DNA of 64,000 nt from Moniliella sp. 'wahieum' (lineage: Eukaryota): NCBI GenBank assembly GCA_003971905.1, contig RSEE01000069.1, forward strand, positions 1-64,000, read 5' to 3'. This document shows, piece after piece, positions 62,397-64,000 of the stretch (the first letter of the stretch is position 1; every line of letters starts with the position of its first letter). The translations under genes and the position numbers were made by a program. The notes under the pieces are model-generated. The model searched no databases. It was not told the origin of the DNA and was given only the letters and a program-made list of their open reading frames with translations.

Positions 62397-62941
62397 TTGA
62401 GATTGTGCATCATGCATTATGCACATCATGAATCATGCACATGAAGGAGTGTTGGGCGCCACCGGCCACCTCGCCTCTCGTTTCATGCTCTTCTCGCTTC
62501 TCGCTTCTCGCTTCTGGTTTCTCGTTTCTCGTTTCACTTCACTTCACTTCGCGGCGCTGCCTTGTCTCTCTGCCTCCCGGGGTTAAGGATGGGCCTCTCT
62601 TGTCCCCCCTGTTTTGCTTTGGCGAGGCCAAGAGGTGTGATGCATGCCCTGTTGCCCCCATGAGCGCCTACATCCACTAGCGAGGCGACGGGATAGATGG
62701 GTAGCCGGTCAGTTGCTGACAGGTGGGGATAGATGAGTACGCCAATATTGGATGGAACACAGGGACGTCGCTGGACAGACCAGCAGGCGCTCAACATCCC
62801 CCCGCTTCGTACTTCGCGCTCGCTCGAGTACTAACTTCAGTGTTAAACCCCCTACTATAGCAGGCCCCTTGCTCTCGAAGCGGCCGGTTAATAATCGGGT
62901 ATGGCAATGCGGTGAACAAAAAAAAACAAAGAAAAAAAGAG

Positions 62942-63025
62942 TAGCTACCGTCGGTCTTGATCCGACGACCTGTGGGTCACAAGAGTAATATGAGCCCACC
63001 GCTCTTCCGCCTGAGCTAGGTAGCT
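62942..63025 (-). tRNA. Initiator tRNA-Met(CAT) with an ~11-nt intron
   Basis: AGCTACC..GGTAGCT-A gives A1:U72. The anticodon stem GTGGG/CCCAC has three G:C pairs, the loop is CT-CAT-A[TTACTCTTGTG]A, the T-loop ATCAAGA has A54, and a T-run follows downstream. Confidence 0.94.
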
Positions 63026-63165
63026 GCTACAAGCTAACAGCATCAATACGTGAGGACTATACCCACGACGCGTCCACCTGTTTTATATAGTTAGAGCGTA
63101 CTGTTTCTCTCTCGATCCTATCGCTCATCAATCCACCAATCCATCATTGCTCATCGCTCCTCTAC

Positions 63166-64000
63166 CTACCCTACCACATCCAGGATCACCTGGCCGTACA
63201 TGGTGCAGAGATATCCCATTCCTACGCCGCACACATCGGTCCTGCGATAAACATACCCAAGACACACCACAAGGCTACGGCATCTCCGGCCCTGGATCCT
63301 GTTCTGGTTCCGGCCCTGGATCCCCTTCTGGTTGCAACCCCCGGTTCCGGCCCTGGGTCCTGGGACCCCAGCACTCCATCTGCCGCATGCAAAGCAAGAG
63401 GAGCTTGGTCGATCTCTGTGTGCGGCTCTGTGTCCAGCCCTGGTCCCTGAGCCCCCTGCCCCTCCCCCTGGGCACCCTGCGGCACCGCGTGCGAAGCAAG
63501 AGAGGTGGTGAGAGAGGACTGGTGAGCGGGACCCAGCTGCGTGCTGCGTCGCGTGTTCGACGATGAGTGCGTTGACCCGAGCTCGAGGTCGGGTCGGGGT
63601 AGCCGACACGGCGGCTAGGTCCGGGTTGAGTTCCGTGAGCATTTGGACTGCCATGGTCATTGGGGTCGCGATCTGTCCCCCCAGCGAGCGAGTTTGACTC
63701 GGCCACTGAGCCTGGTATAGGTCCTGCCGTTGACCGTGGTCCTGACATGGACATGGACATGGACATGGACGTAGACGGTGGGGTTGACCTGATGTGGACG
63801 TGGACATGGACGTGGATACGTGCGCGATTGTCGCCGGTCGCGTCGGTGGCGACGCGAGACGACCGAGCTTTGTTGCAACGATTGCAGTACGTCGTCGAGC
63901 AATGTTGACTGGCCTGGGCATCATGGGCATTGGCATCGGCATCGGCATCGGCACGCTGGGTCTTAGCCAAGGTAAATTGACGTGCGCGTTCTTCCTCAGC
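63166..64000 (-). CDS. Possible 3' part of a low-complexity protein gene running off the window edge
   Basis: Open minus frames from the window end (AEEERARQFTLAKTQRADADA..) and ORFs 63275..63970 and 63166..63954. No domain recognised. Confidence 0.3.
   Translation of the reverse strand, partial: LRKNAHVNLPWLRPSVPMPMPMPMPMMPRPVNIARRRTAIVATKLGRLASPPTRPATIAHVSTSMSTSTSGQPHRLRPCPCPCPCQDHGQRQDLYQAQWPSQTRSLGGQIATPMTMAVQMLTELNPDLAAVSATPTRPRARVNALIVEHATQHAAGSRSPVLSHHLSCFARGAAGCPGGGAGGSGTRAGHRAAHRDRPSSSCFACGRWSAGVPGPRAGTGGCNQKGIQGRNQNRIQGRRCRSLVVCLGYVYRRTDVCGVGMGYLCTMYGQVILDVVG

Overview
Eukaryotic fungal genomic DNA, most likely from a basidiomycete. It has GT..AG introns with CTRAC branch points, intron-containing tRNAs, and coding DNA of about 60% GC in a sampled line. 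It is not prokaryotic, and I see no CRISPR, operons or rRNA. Almost every conserved gene carries 1-2 bp indels, often at homopolymer or dinucleotide runs, which points to an unpolished long-read assembly, so the ORF track is fragmented and gene ends are approximate. Recognisable genes, in order: GH5 exo-beta-1,3-glucanase, an Rtt107/Brc1-like multi-BRCT protein, a heavily degenerate UBC8/UBE2H, Rab11/Ypt3, beta-tubulin, tRNA-Gln(CTG), casein kinase I, a NIF/FCP1-type HAD protein, a DHA1 MFS transporter, RPS14, tRNA-Ala(TGC), Sfi1, LUC7, ILV6, an LRR-RhoGEF, an F-BAR-like protein, a flavin amine oxidase and tRNA-iMet. The most unusual part is a lower-GC island of about 13 kb (~17.1-30.4 kb) with no recognisable conserved protein gene. 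It holds orphan or decayed reading frames, a PPT+LTR-start-like junction, tandem SIM-like and PIP-box-like repeats, a tRNA and a candidate structured ncRNA. I cannot establish a novel system from the sequence alone. The findings below are testable leads.
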